Shown: positions 52,764-63,431 of the stretch, piece after piece
Position numbering within the stretch: position 1 is the first letter of the stretch
How the letters are laid out: each line of letters starts with the position of its first letter
Notes under the pieces: model-generated
Told to the model about the DNA's origin: nothing
What the model saw: the letters and a program-made list of their open reading frames with translations, nothing else
Database searches by the model: none
From: a bacterium
Lineage (GTDB): Bacteria; Electryoneota; JAOADG01
Length of the DNA: 64,000 bases
Direction: 5' to 3'
NCBI GenBank assembly: GCA_963681965.1
Contig: OY820579.1
Span: 3,680,001 to 3,744,000 of the forward strand
Position numbers and translations under genes: made by a program

Positions 52764-54854
52764 CTACTTCAATATCGTAACGAGTTGCGATTGAGTAATG
52801 TGGTTTACGTTCAGATGGATAAAATAATTTCCAGAACTCAAATTCTTTCCATCGAAATTCAGTTTATAATTCCCCGCAGATTGATATCCGCGATAGAACG
52901 TGGTGATTTCTCGTCCCGCGATATCGAATATTTTAAGATCGATATTACCGGATTGCGGAAGTGAATAACTGATGATGGTCGATGAGTTGAACGGATTCGG
53001 GTAATTGGGATGGAGTGCAAACCGTCTTGGAACTGAATTGGTCGGTGATTCTTGCACGAATGTAGTACCGCCATTGGTCGTATGTAAAATCGTCGCGGAA
53101 TCGCCGACGATCCAACCGTTACCGGCATTATCGAATGCGATACTTCGCAGATAGGTCGTGACCGGGCTTTGTTGACGAATCCACGTGCTCCCGCCATCGA
53201 TCGTATGAAGTATCACGCCACTATCGCCGACAACCCACAAATTCTGATCATCGATTCGCGCGATCCCCGACAAATTACTTTGAACACCACTATTCTGTCG
53301 GGTAAAGTGATTTCCACCATTGATCGCATTGTAGATGATACCGGAATCGCCGACAATCAGGCAATGCAACGAATCGAATACTGCGATTCCGTTCAAGGAA
53401 GCGTTACTAATTCGCATGGATCGCCAGGTCGTTCCACCATCCGAGGTACGAATCAAGTGACCCAATTCACTCACTGCCCAACCGTTGCGGCGGCTGCAGA
53501 ATTGAATCTGATTCAGATAACCATCCCCCGATGAAGACTGCGAAAACCATGATGAGCCACCGTCGGTGGTGTGAATGATGCCAAAATTCGAATCGTACCA
53601 ACCATACAGACTGTCGTAAAAAGTAATGCGACGTGGTTCTTGGGTAGGACAGTGGATCCAGGTGCGACCCTGATCGGTAGTATGCGCCAGTGTATTGAAA
53701 TCCCCAACAAGCCATCCATTGGTTGGACTGGTGAAACAGATGTCGTATAGATGGGCTGTTGGAAGGAAAGCACTCACTTCCCAATTATTGCCATTGTCGG
53801 TGGTTTGCGCGACTGAACTATACATGGTGCGACCGACCGCAATCATTTTACCGCTGTCCATTGCCGCAACCCGGTTGTAACAAACAATGGAATCGGCTTT
53901 GTTTGCAATCCATCGCTGGTTCGAAACCCGACGCAAAATCAATCCCTGTTCACCGACAATCCAACCATGGGTATCATCGATGACGGAACCGCCATACAAA
54001 CTCAGATATCCTGTGGGACCGATACCCGTTAACCACAATTGACCGTAATTATCGGAATATTGAATCTGACCACCCTCACCGATCATAAATACAGTCAACG
54101 AATCGGTGAGAAAGAGTTGTGTCTGTCTTAGATAAGGCTCTGACGAATAGATCCATGTACTGCCACCATCGGCAGTTGAATAAATTCCATTTTCAACGAC
54201 AGCTAATCCTCGATTCATATTGAATAATGCGACACTTTTCAAATCTCCACCAAGTGTCACCGTATAAGCAACTGACCAAGTCGAGCCACCATTGGACGTC
54301 GAAAGAATAGTGTTTCCGCCAACTGCCCATCCGTGCAGGCTATCGATGAACGAAACGCCTGTCAACGGAAGCGAGATGTCAATTTCTTGTCGTACCCAGC
54401 TTCCACCGCCATTGGTCGTATGGAGAATCGTGCCGGAATCGCCGATAATCCAACCGTACTGCTCCCCGACGAAACTCATACTCCGTAACGTCGTCGTCAC
54501 CCCGCTGAATTGGCGATGCCACGAGTAGCACGAATCCGAGCTATACAGGATCAAACCCCGGGCGCCTACGATCCAGCCGTTTTCGCCGCGCGGAATTACA
54601 ATCGAATAGAGGTTGTTCGATGAATCGATGCTGTGATCGGTCCAATTCAATCCTCCATCATTCGAACGGAGAATCGTGCCGTTGGCACCGACAATACATC
54701 CGGTATTTGTGTTGAAAAATCTCACGCCGTAGAAGTCGATGCCATGACGCAACGATTCCTGAACGATCCACTCTTGTCCGAATACGATCGATGGGAATAG
54801 CAGAATAAAAATTAAGCAGCCAAATGCGGTTAAGCGATGTGCGATGACATTCAT
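52764..54854 (-). CDS. Secreted YCF48/BNR-repeat protein with T9SS-type CTD
   Basis: AAGGAG RBS before MNVI, same repeats, more diverged CTD. Confidence 0.9.
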   Translation of the reverse strand: MNVIAHRLTAFGCLIFILLFPSIVFGQEWIVQESLRHGIDFYGVRFFNTNTGCIVGANGTILRSNDGGLNWTDHSIDSSNNLYSIVIPRGENGWIVGARGLILYSSDSCYSWHRQFSGVTTTLRSMSFVGEQYGWIIGDSGTILHTTNGGGSWVRQEIDISLPLTGVSFIDSLHGWAVGGNTILSTSNGGSTWSVAYTVTLGGDLKSVALFNMNRGLAVVENGIYSTADGGSTWIYSSEPYLRQTQLFLTDSLTVFMIGEGGQIQYSDNYGQLWLTGIGPTGYLSLYGGSVIDDTHGWIVGEQGLILRRVSNQRWIANKADSIVCYNRVAAMDSGKMIAVGRTMYSSVAQTTDNGNNWEVSAFLPTAHLYDICFTSPTNGWLVGDFNTLAHTTDQGRTWIHCPTQEPRRITFYDSLYGWYDSNFGIIHTTDGGSSWFSQSSSGDGYLNQIQFCSRRNGWAVSELGHLIRTSDGGTTWRSMRISNASLNGIAVFDSLHCLIVGDSGIIYNAINGGNHFTRQNSGVQSNLSGIARIDDQNLWVVGDSGVILHTIDGGSTWIRQQSPVTTYLRSIAFDNAGNGWIVGDSATILHTTNGGTTFVQESPTNSVPRRFALHPNYPNPFNSSTIISYSLPQSGNIDLKIFDIAGREITTFYRGYQSAGNYKLNFDGKNLSSGNYFIHLNVNHITQSQLVTILK

Positions 54855-55057
54855 TTCAGCTCCTTCGGCATGAAGTAAACCAGTACGAGAATCGGTCGCA
54901 ACAAAGAAAAGGTAGAGAAAGATAGATCGATAATGAGACAAGTTACCGAAGGTTTATCGATCGGTCAATAAAATATTCGTAATTTTTGAAAATATTTTAA
55001 TGACTCATTTAATTTATTAAATATTCAATAGTTAGATTTGTGATATAAGATACCCTT

Positions 55058-55836
55058 GGACTTCAGTCCGTTTCAGTTTCTGATTTCTATGTAGCCGCAG
55101 GCTTTAGCCTGCGTTATCTTTTTTCTGAATCTTGTATCCTGTTCTTCGTTATTGGCACGATCCTCCGCGGTCAACTGCGCTTGTAGTTCTTTTGGTAGGG
55201 GCGGTTCGCGAACCGCCCGTATCTTATATTAGTTGTATCGCTTTGAACTTATTCTCGAGAGTCTTGGAAATAATTATCGATTGTAAATCCCGAAATGTTT
55301 GGGCACCTTGACTGGAAACAGAGGAACGCGTAAGAACGCCCCTACCATAAAAAAGAGTCGGAATAAATTCCGACATACGGAAAAGAAGCTGATCGCAAGC
55401 TCGGAAGCCTGTGTTTTTATGTAGGGGCGAATCGCATTCGCCCGTTCTTGTATCCTGATCTGTCGTTGCGAACGAAGCGCGGTTTTACGCGCGAAGTGTG
55501 GCAATCTACTCTTTTCGATGTATCCTGTTCCTCGTTATAGGCACGATCCTCCGCAGTCGCCTGCGCTTGTAGTTCTTTTGGTAGGGGCGGTTCGCGAACC
55601 GCCCGTAACTTGTGATAGATGTATAGCTTTGAACTTATTCTCGAGAGTCTTACGAAGTATTTTCGATAATATTTTTGAAATGTTTGTGCACCTTGACTGG
55701 AAACAGGGGAACGCGTATGAACGCCCCTACCAAAAGGAGTCGGAATAAATTCCGACCCACCGAAATACAATTGCAGCTCAAGCAGTGGTCAGAACAAGTT
55801 CCGACCTACGGAAAAGAAGATACTCGCAGGCTCGGA
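55058..55836. repeat. Large mosaic of REP-like palindromes containing a degenerate ~240-nt internal duplication
   Basis: About 55134-55375 is similar to about 55519-55756; modules shared with 57410-57776. Confidence 0.85.
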
Positions 55837-55862
55837 GACCCACCCATACTTCACAATATGAA

Positions 55863-57101
55863 CTACTTCACCAGCATCATTTTCTGTGTGGCTTGCGATT
55901 TTCCATTCTGGAGCCGGAGGAAATAAGTTCCCGACGACAACTGCTTGCCATCGAAATTCAACTTGTAATTCCCCGCGCGGCGATACCCTTGCTCGAGGGT
56001 ACTAATTTCCCGTCCCTGCAAATCAAACACCCGAAGATCGACGTTACATGGTTGAGGGAGGGAATAGCTGATAGTCGTTGAGGAATTGAACGGGTTGGGG
56101 TAGTTAGGAGACAATTGTAGATTTCTTGGAAATACTGTTGAGCGCTGTTCTTCAACCCAGGTTTGACCACCGGTCGTTGTATGAAGAATAATACTGCTAT
56201 CGCCGACGATCCAACCGTTATTCTCATCGCGAAAAGTGACACTCATTAGTCGTTTACGTAGCCTTGATAGATTTTGGTTTCTCCAATGAATACCTGAATC
56301 GGTCGTTCTCAATATCGCGCCGGAATCTCCAACCGCCCAGCCATGCAATGAATCGATAAAACAAATTCCGTATAGTGGATATCGATTGATTTGACCTAGA
56401 ATCGTCCAACTCATCCCACCATCTGTTGTACGACGGACGTATCCATCTCGACCAATAACCCACCCATTGAATTGATCGACAAAAGACAATCCGAACATCC
56501 ATTCCATGTTTCCAGAAACGGTATCGAGCGGGGGGAGCCAATGTTCACCCCCATCGATCGTGTATCGGATCGTATTCATCCAACCGACTGCACAGCCACG
56601 ATTTTGATCGACAAAAGCGACATCGGTAAATCCCCACACAGAATTTGAATTCTGTAGCGACCACAAAGCGCCACCATTTGTCGTATGTAAAATGCCTCCA
56701 GATCCAACGACCCAGCCATTCAGGGAATCGATGAAGTCGACTCCGCCAAGCCATCCGGTGAGGAAGCTGTTTTGTCGAGACCATGTTTCACCGGTATCGG
56801 TCGTATGTAAAATGACACCGCTATCGCCGACAGCCCATCCAGATTGTCCAATAAAATCCAGACAATTCAACTTACCATGAAAACCACTAGCTTGAATGTG
56901 CCAATTAATTACTGGATTTGAATAATGTAAAATTGCGCCACCACTTCCAACTGCCCAGAGATTATTTTCCTTGTACTTGGTATAAATTAAATTGGAATTG
57001 ATCACTACCGTATTCGCTGGTTCCCAACCATCTGCCATACTGATATTCGGAACAAATATGACGGTGCAGATAATAATGAATATAGTTGCAGCTTGCATCA
57101 T
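55863..57101 (-). CDS. Short secreted YCF48/BNR-repeat protein with T9SS-type CTD
   Basis: 412 aa, GWAVGDSG repeats, YPNPFN...QKMMLVK. Confidence 0.9.
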   Translation of the reverse strand: MMQAATIFIIICTVIFVPNISMADGWEPANTVVINSNLIYTKYKENNLWAVGSGGAILHYSNPVINWHIQASGFHGKLNCLDFIGQSGWAVGDSGVILHTTDTGETWSRQNSFLTGWLGGVDFIDSLNGWVVGSGGILHTTNGGALWSLQNSNSVWGFTDVAFVDQNRGCAVGWMNTIRYTIDGGEHWLPPLDTVSGNMEWMFGLSFVDQFNGWVIGRDGYVRRTTDGGMSWTILGQINRYPLYGICFIDSLHGWAVGDSGAILRTTDSGIHWRNQNLSRLRKRLMSVTFRDENNGWIVGDSSIILHTTTGGQTWVEEQRSTVFPRNLQLSPNYPNPFNSSTTISYSLPQPCNVDLRVFDLQGREISTLEQGYRRAGNYKLNFDGKQLSSGTYFLRLQNGKSQATQKMMLVK

Positions 57102-57409
57102 TGTTCCCTTCGAAAGATGATCTTATCGATTATGGTTTCATCAATTTCGGAATAATTATTTATTTCTAAACTAGTAGAAGTCGCTACAAATAATGATTTA
57201 ATTACAATAACCCTTTAAATGAAATGTGATTTGAAACACATATTTCTGATTAATCGATTTCTCCGAACCCAATTTTACTATGGTCGATTTTTTCACTGTA
57301 AAGAGAAGACTACATCAGTTTCCGTACAGGAAATCTCTAGTTTTCCAGTCTTATACGCCACCATCAAAATGGGGATTAGGTGATAGGTAGTAGGTGGTGG
57401 GAAAAAGAG

Positions 57410-57776
57410 GGGTAGCGGCGGACTTTAGTCCGCTTTTTTTATTTATTTTCTATGAAGCCGCAGGCTTCAGCCTGCGTTATCTTTTTTCTGAATCCTGTAT
57501 CCTGATCTGTCGTTGCGAACGAAGCGCGTATTTTCGCGCGAAGTGTGGCAATCTACTCTTTTAATTTTGTATCCTGTTCTTCGTTTTGGCACGACTCTCC
57601 GCGGTCACCTGCCCTTGTTCTTTTTGGTAGGGGCGGTTCGCGAACCGCCCGTATCATAAGAAGAGTCGGAATATATTCCGACCCACCGAAATACAATTGC
57701 AGCTCAAGCAGTTGTCAGAACAAGTTCTGACCTACGGAAAAGAAGATACTCGCAGGCTCGGAAGCCTGCGCCACCA
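57410..57776. repeat. REP-like mosaic, direct-repeat partner of the 55 kb cluster
   Basis: 57663-57762 matches 55737-55836 at 97/100 positions by my count. Confidence 0.85.
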
Positions 57777-57789
57777 ACTGAAAACGATC

Positions 57790-57825
57790 AAAAAAAAACG
57801 GGCGATCACTTTCATGACCGCCCGC
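57790..57825 (-). terminator. Intrinsic terminator of ppdK
   Basis: gcgggcggtca-tgaaag-tgatcgcccgt plus a T-run on the minus strand. Confidence 0.88.
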
Positions 57826-57849
57826 TCTTAATTCATAATGTGAAGTAGT

Positions 57850-60800
57850 TTACTTCTTACCCTTCTTCACAACTTTCTTGACCGGCTTCGCGACCTTCTT
57901 CACCACTTTCGCGGCGACTTTCTTCGCGACCGGTTTCTTCACGGCAGCCTTCTTGACCACCTTCTTCGGTGCCGCTTTCACGACTTTCTTGGCAGCCACT
58001 TTCTTCACCGGTTTCGGCGCGGCTTTCTTCGGAGCCACTTTCTTCGCCGGTGCTTTCTTGGCAACTGCTTTCTTCGCGACGGGTTTCTTCACCGCTTTTT
58101 TCGCTGCCGGCTTCGCGGCAACTTTCTTCGCGGGTGCACTCTTCGCAGTCGCTTTCTTTGCCGGTTTCGGATTCGCTTCGGCAACCTTCAGCGATGCCTG
58201 AGCCGCTGCCAGTCGCGCGATCGGTACCCGGAACGGGCTGCACGAAACATAGTCGAGACCGACTTCATTGCAGATTTCGATCGATGCCGGATCGCCGCCG
58301 TGTTCGCCGCAGATACCGACTTTCAGTCGCGACAGACCAGCTTCGGCGCGGGATGCACGACCTAGATCCGTACCCATCTTCACCAATTTCGCCACGCCCT
58401 TCGGATCGAGCGACGCAAATGGATCGGCGGGATAAATCTTGTGTTCGATGTAGAACGGCAGGAACCGTCCGGCATCGTCACGCGACAAACCGTAGGTCGT
58501 CTGCGTCAAGTCGTTGGTACCGAAGCTGAAGAATTCGGCGACGGTAGCAATTTCGTCGGCGGTAAGTGCCGCGCGCGGAAGTTCGATCATCGTTCCGACC
58601 AAATATGGAATCTTGATTCCCTGTTCGGCAAAAACTTCGGCAGCGACGCGACGCACGATATTCGCCTGTCCTTCGAGTTCCTTGATCGTCGAGACCAGCG
58701 GAATCATGATTTCAGGATGTACGTCGATCCCTTCCTTCTTCACGATGCAAGCCGCTTCGATGATCGCACGCGCCTGCATTTCGGTGATTTCCGGATACGA
58801 CATTCCGAGACGGCAACCGCGGTGTCCGAGCATCGGATTCGCTTCGCGCAAATCTTCGACGCGGGAAGCAATCGTCGCTACCGGAATACCGGTTACCTTC
58901 GACAACTCTTCCTGAGCGGCGAGTTCGTGCGGAACAAATTCATGCAACGGTGGATCCAAGGTACGCACCGTGACGGGATATCCCTGCATCGCGCGGAAGA
59001 TACCGGCAAAGTCGTCGCGCTGCAGCGGCAACAATTTCGCCAGTGCGGCTTTGCGGTCGGCGATATTTTCGGCAAGAATCATTTCGCGCATGGCGAGAAT
59101 CTTTTTGCCGCCGAAGAACATGTGTTCGGTACGGCAGAGACCGATGCCCTGCGCGCCGAACGCGATCGCGGTAGCCGCTTGATCGGGCTGGTCGGCGTTG
59201 GTACGAATGCCGAGACGGCGGACGCTGTCTGCCCACTTCATCAAGTTGTCGTACTGTTGGAACAGAATCGAATCTTCCGGCTTCATCGTCTTGTTGATGA
59301 GGACTTCGATCAATTCGCTGGGTCGCGTGTGAATCTTGCCTTCGAGCACTTCGCCGGTGAAACCGTCGATCGAGAGCCAGTCCCCTTCTTTGAACGATTT
59401 GCCGCCGATGGTCATGATACCGGTGTGATAATCGATATCGATTTCACCGCAACCGGCAACACAGACTTTCCCCATCTGCCGCGCGACGAGTGCCGCATGC
59501 GAAGTCATACCACCGCGAGCCGTCAAGATACCGACGGCGGCAGTCATCCCCTTGATGTCTTCCGGGGTGGTTTCGAGGCGGCAGAGCAAAACGATCTCAC
59601 CGCGATTCGCCCACTCTTCGGCATCCGAAGCATGGAACACGATGCGACCGGTAGCCGCACCGGGACCGGCGGGAAGACCCATCGCCAATTTCTTACCGTC
59701 TTTGATGGCGGCGTCTTTATCGGCTTTGCCGAATACCGGACGGAGCAATTGATTCAGCTGATCCGGTTCGACGCGCATCACGGCTTCATTCTTGGAAATC
59801 TTCTTTTCGGCGACGAGATCGATCGCGATACGCAATGCGGCAAATCCGGTACGTTTGCCGACGCGGCACTGCAACATGAACAGTTTGTCGCTCTCGATAG
59901 TGAATTCAATATCCATCATGTCGCGATAGTGACGCTCGAGACGGTTGCTGATGTCAACCAGTTGCTTGTATGCTTTCGGCATCACTTCTTCGAGCGACGG
60001 GAATTTTTCGGCACGGATCGCTTCGTCGATGCTGTGCGATTCGGACCAGCGCTGGCTGTGCACGAGCGTGATCTGTTGCGGGGTACGGATACCGGCGACG
60101 ACATCTTCCCCTTGGGCATTGATCAAAAATTCGCCATTGAACAGCGGTTCGCCGCTGCCGGAGTCGCGGGTGAAACCGACGCCGGTGGCGCAGTTGTCGC
60201 CCATATTGCCGAATACCATCGCTTGCACGTTGACGGCGGTGCCCCATTCATCGGGGATCTTGTTCTGAGCGCGATACACGCAGGCGCGTTCGTTCATCCA
60301 CGAACCGAACACTGCGCCGACGGCACCCATCAACTGTTCCATCGGATCGTCGGGGAAATCGATATTGAGGCGATTCTTCACGGCGGCTTTGAATTCGCCG
60401 ACCAATTCCTTCATCTCTTCCCAGCTCAGATCGGTGTCTTTCACCGCGTGCGCGTTCAGACCGTGTTTGGCGGCATGTGACGCTTTTTTGTGGTCGAGAA
60501 TTTCTTCGAATGGATCGATATCGTTTTTCGATTCCGGTTTGAGACCGAGAACGACGTCGCCGTACATCGAAACGAAGCGGCGATAGCTGTCGTAAGCGAA
60601 TCGGGGATTGCCCGATTTCGCAATCAATCCTTCGACGGTGACATCGTTGAGACCGAGGTTCAACACGGTGTCCATCATGCCCGGCATCGAAGCGCGCGCA
60701 CCCGAACGGACGCTGACCAGCAGCGGGTTCTTGGGATCGCCGAATTTCTTTTCCATGCGGGTTTCGAGCATTTTCAGGGCATCTTTGATCTGCTTCTGCA

Positions 60801-60999
60801 GTTCGGTCGGATATTTATTTCCGTTCTTATAGTAGTAGGTGCAGACTTCGGTGGTGATTGTGAAGCCCGGGGGGACGGGCATTCCGAGGTTGACCATTTC
60901 GGCGAGGTTTGCGCCTTTACCGCCGAGTAGACCCTTCATTTTCGCATCGCCGTCGGCACGTTTGCCGCCGAACGAGTATACTAATTTCTTACTTGCCAT
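57850..60999 (-). CDS. ppdK: Pyruvate, phosphate dikinase with histone-H1-like C-terminal tail
   Basis: [65 protein letters not shown]. Confidence 0.97.
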   Translation of the reverse strand: MASKKLVYSFGGKRADGDAKMKGLLGGKGANLAEMVNLGMPVPPGFTITTEVCTYYYKNGNKYPTELQKQIKDALKMLETRMEKKFGDPKNPLLVSVRSGARASMPGMMDTVLNLGLNDVTVEGLIAKSGNPRFAYDSYRRFVSMYGDVVLGLKPESKNDIDPFEEILDHKKASHAAKHGLNAHAVKDTDLSWEEMKELVGEFKAAVKNRLNIDFPDDPMEQLMGAVGAVFGSWMNERACVYRAQNKIPDEWGTAVNVQAMVFGNMGDNCATGVGFTRDSGSGEPLFNGEFLINAQGEDVVAGIRTPQQITLVHSQRWSESHSIDEAIRAEKFPSLEEVMPKAYKQLVDISNRLERHYRDMMDIEFTIESDKLFMLQCRVGKRTGFAALRIAIDLVAEKKISKNEAVMRVEPDQLNQLLRPVFGKADKDAAIKDGKKLAMGLPAGPGAATGRIVFHASDAEEWANRGEIVLLCRLETTPEDIKGMTAAVGILTARGGMTSHAALVARQMGKVCVAGCGEIDIDYHTGIMTIGGKSFKEGDWLSIDGFTGEVLEGKIHTRPSELIEVLINKTMKPEDSILFQQYDNLMKWADSVRRLGIRTNADQPDQAATAIAFGAQGIGLCRTEHMFFGGKKILAMREMILAENIADRKAALAKLLPLQRDDFAGIFRAMQGYPVTVRTLDPPLHEFVPHELAAQEELSKVTGIPVATIASRVEDLREANPMLGHRGCRLGMSYPEITEMQARAIIEAACIVKKEGIDVHPEIMIPLVSTIKELEGQANIVRRVAAEVFAEQGIKIPYLVGTMIELPRAALTADEIATVAEFFSFGTNDLTQTTYGLSRDDAGRFLPFYIEHKIYPADPFASLDPKGVAKLVKMGTDLGRASRAEAGLSRLKVGICGEHGGDPASIEICNEVGLDYVSCSPFRVPIARLAAAQASLKVAEANPKPAKKATAKSAPAKKVAAKPAAKKAVKKPVAKKAVAKKAPAKKVAPKKAAPKPVKKVAAKKVVKAAPKKVVKKAAVKKPVAKKVAAKVVKKVAKPVKKVVKKGKK

Positions 61000-61084
61000 T
61001 CATTCCTCCAATGTATCGATCCGCACCGGGCATCGCAGGGATCCTTCTCATGTGCGGAATTCTGTAAATTCCTGAACAAACTTG

Positions 61085-61130
61085 TGTCATTGCGAACGAA
61101 GCACGCCTTGCGTGCGAAGTGTGGCAATCC
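61085..61130. repeat. CGTC-type REP-like element
   Basis: gtcattgcgaacgaagcacgccttgcgtgcgaagtgtggcaatcc; related copies near 55462 and 57509. Confidence 0.7.
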
Positions 61131-61553
61131 ATTCATTTCTGTAAAGCAGATCGCTATGACTATCGGTTGCTTTTGTGGTCTGCGAGACAAGCAATACCTG
61201 ATGCACCTGCTTGCTAACAATTTCTCAAGAAGTCCGATAACCCTAGTCGACCGCTGAATTTCTAAGGCGATAATAACCTAGTAAGGTAAGGAAAAAAGCG
61301 GGGTTTGAGAAATTTACATCGTTGGATATGACGCCTGAATTCTCGATATCTACATTGAATATTAAAGAATTAAGGAATTGCTCTGAGAATTCCAGAAAAT
61401 CAAATTCGCACCGATAATGAACACTCATACATCTTTTTGGAATTCTCAAAATGAATTTTGAATTAATTTTAAGTCTATTTTATCAATAATCATTGTATAT
61501 TATCTCATCAAAACGACCTTCACACAACCCGTTTCTCCGATTTGGGAGCACAC

Positions 61554-61922
61554 ATGAATTGGCTCGTCATCATCTTTGTATCGGTCATCGTCATCATATT
61601 TCCGTATGCGACATTCAAGCTGTTCAAATTGTTCAAGCTGATTCAGCCCTACCAACCCGATGGCGGGATGGGAATCTTTAAAATGGACTCGCCCGAAACG
61701 ATGAAGAAGCAGCGCGACTACATATCTTATATCCTGTTCGTGCTCTGCTTTTGGATCATGATCGTTGCGCCGATAATCGATTGGAAATATTTCGGCGAGA
61801 ATACCGGTATCATTGTGGTGATCGGTCTGTATGTGATCTTCGCCATTATGCTGACGATTTACGGGAAATTACGGCGGGGGCATGCACCGGTCAAGGATCG
61901 GAAAGAAGCGGTGCCGGAATAA
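61554..61922 (+). CDS. Small membrane protein (3 TM)
   Basis: GGGAG RBS, three hydrophobic segments. Confidence 0.7.
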   Translation: MNWLVIIFVSVIVIIFPYATFKLFKLFKLIQPYQPDGGMGIFKMDSPETMKKQRDYISYILFVLCFWIMIVAPIIDWKYFGENTGIIVVIGLYVIFAIMLTIYGKLRRGHAPVKDRKEAVPE

Positions 61923-62082
61923 ATTCGACAAACCGATTTTTTCGTGACACAAGAGGATCGCAGGCTCGGAGGCCTGCGCCACCAGGATCAATCACAAGAG
62001 GAGTCGGAATAAATTCCGACATACCGTACGAAAGCGGAATGTAGGCGCATAGGCTTGCACCAACGATTTTTTTGGAGACAAT

Positions 62083-63036
62083 ATGATCAGAATTACACTT
62101 TCCGCTCTACTCTTCATCGTCATGGTATTTGCGATCGGTTGTCCCAACGATAACCCGACGTCACCACCGGAATCGCAATTCAGCGGGATCTTGCGGACGG
62201 ATATTTCCGGCGCGATTCTCGGTGGCGATACAACCGATTGGAAAGTGGTCCGAACCGCCATTCCGACTCCGAAACAGAAGACAGACGAAGTCACGTCGCT
62301 CGCAGTTCCATCGCTCCACAATTCTCCGGAATTATCCGTGATCTCGCCAGCGATCGCTGTTGTTCCAGTCCCGACCAACACCTATTTGTCCGCGGCATAC
62401 TGCAATCCCGGCTATTACATCGTGAATTTTCAATTGACCCTAAGTGCTGCCGGTTGTCTCACGCTCGTTACGAAAAGTAATCCCGCAACCATTGTCCATT
62501 CATTCGCAACGAATCAGGCACTCTCGGCTGGCGTCCACCTGATTCGCTGGGATGTCAGCAACATTACTCCGGGTATCTACCGCGTGGAAATGACTGCCGA
62601 TGTCGGCAGTTATCGCTATACCGAATACGGCGATGTGGAAATCAAACATCCGGTCGCATCGCCTACGGCACGCACCTTTGCCGATGCCCATTTCAGCGAA
62701 TCGAATTATCGCAATGCAGAATATCTCGTCGCGACACTTGCCTACAATCCTACCCGTATCGCCCCGACACCCTTCGTCGGAACGCGAGCGGATTGGAATG
62801 CATTACCGTTCTTACCGAATGGAATTGTGACCTACTCGAAGTACGATTATTTGGGGTGGGCGTTCTTCTACGATTTACCGACGACACATAATGACCAATA
62901 CTATACGACCATCGGTCTGAACCTTGCGCAATTCGGTTTCGGGTGGGATGATGGCACGGGCAATACTCCCAATTATTACAATTTCGACGGAACCAGCGCC
63001 AACGAGACAAGCTATCATTCATATTTTTCTTATTGA
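62083..63036 (+). CDS. Putative lipoprotein with internal CTD/FlgD-like Ig domain
   Basis: GGAG RBS, lipobox FAIG-C; AAYCNP...LSAGVHLIRWD...PGIYRV. Confidence 0.75.
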   Translation: MIRITLSALLFIVMVFAIGCPNDNPTSPPESQFSGILRTDISGAILGGDTTDWKVVRTAIPTPKQKTDEVTSLAVPSLHNSPELSVISPAIAVVPVPTNTYLSAAYCNPGYYIVNFQLTLSAAGCLTLVTKSNPATIVHSFATNQALSAGVHLIRWDVSNITPGIYRVEMTADVGSYRYTEYGDVEIKHPVASPTARTFADAHFSESNYRNAEYLVATLAYNPTRIAPTPFVGTRADWNALPFLPNGIVTYSKYDYLGWAFFYDLPTTHNDQYYTTIGLNLAQFGFGWDDGTGNTPNYYNFDGTSANETSYHSYFSY

Positions 63037-63039
63037 CGT

Positions 63040-63360
63040 TGGTAGGATGTGGTGCGGCGGACTTTAGTCCGCTTTTTTCCGTAGGGGCGTATGGCATGCG
63101 CCCTTTTTGTCTTCGGTCTATTTGTAAACCGTTTCTTCTTCTGTCCTGTAAATTCCGAATCTTTTTTAGTAGGGGAGGGCTCGTGAGCCCTCCCGTTCTT
63201 GTATCTTTTTTATATCCAATATCAATTCCCGCCACCCCCCCAAAAAAAAGAGTCGGAATAAACTCCGACTGACTGAAAACAGGTGAATCGCAGGCTCGGA
63301 GGCCTGCGCCACTAAAGACAAGACACCAGAGGTGGTCAGAACAAGTTCTGACTTACGCAA
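63040..63360. repeat. REP-like cluster between convergent genes
   Basis: gcggactttagtccgc, gtaggggcgtatggcatgcgccc, gtaggggagggctcgtgagccctccc, gtcggaataaactccgac, cgcaggctcggaggcctgcgccac, gtcagaacaagttctgac. Confidence 0.85.
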
Positions 63361-63431
63361 CAGAAGATTCTCGAATGCCTAGAAACCACACCCTCTTGTA
63401 TATCCAAGCACCAAGTACTAAGCACCAACCA

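Noticed and set aside
55274-55926. Short ORFs over the REP cluster (likewise 33292-33918 and 63033-63360)
   Set aside because: Translations of palindromic repeats without RBS or protein-like features
41223-57101. Diversity-generating retroelement (TR/VR pairs) as the cause of the C-terminal repeats
   Set aside because: No reverse transcriptase; all copies are coding; differences are mostly synonymous and not adenine-specific
37964-57101. Integron cassette array
   Set aside because: No integrase and no recurring attC-like site seen between genes; genes appear to have their own promoters
57857-58243. Glu/Ser-rich 128-aa ORF and antisense Phe/Ala/Thr ORF
   Set aside because: Alternative frames of the repetitive PPDK tail
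58441-60480. 679-aa plus-strand ORF
   Set aside because: Antisense shadow of the codon-biased ppdK; no recognisable motifs
63405-63430. Short heptamer-like runs (aagcacc; similar runs near 1322, 1533, 20931, 43495, 57379)
   Set aside because: Only 2-4 degenerate units at gene ends; too weak to assign a function
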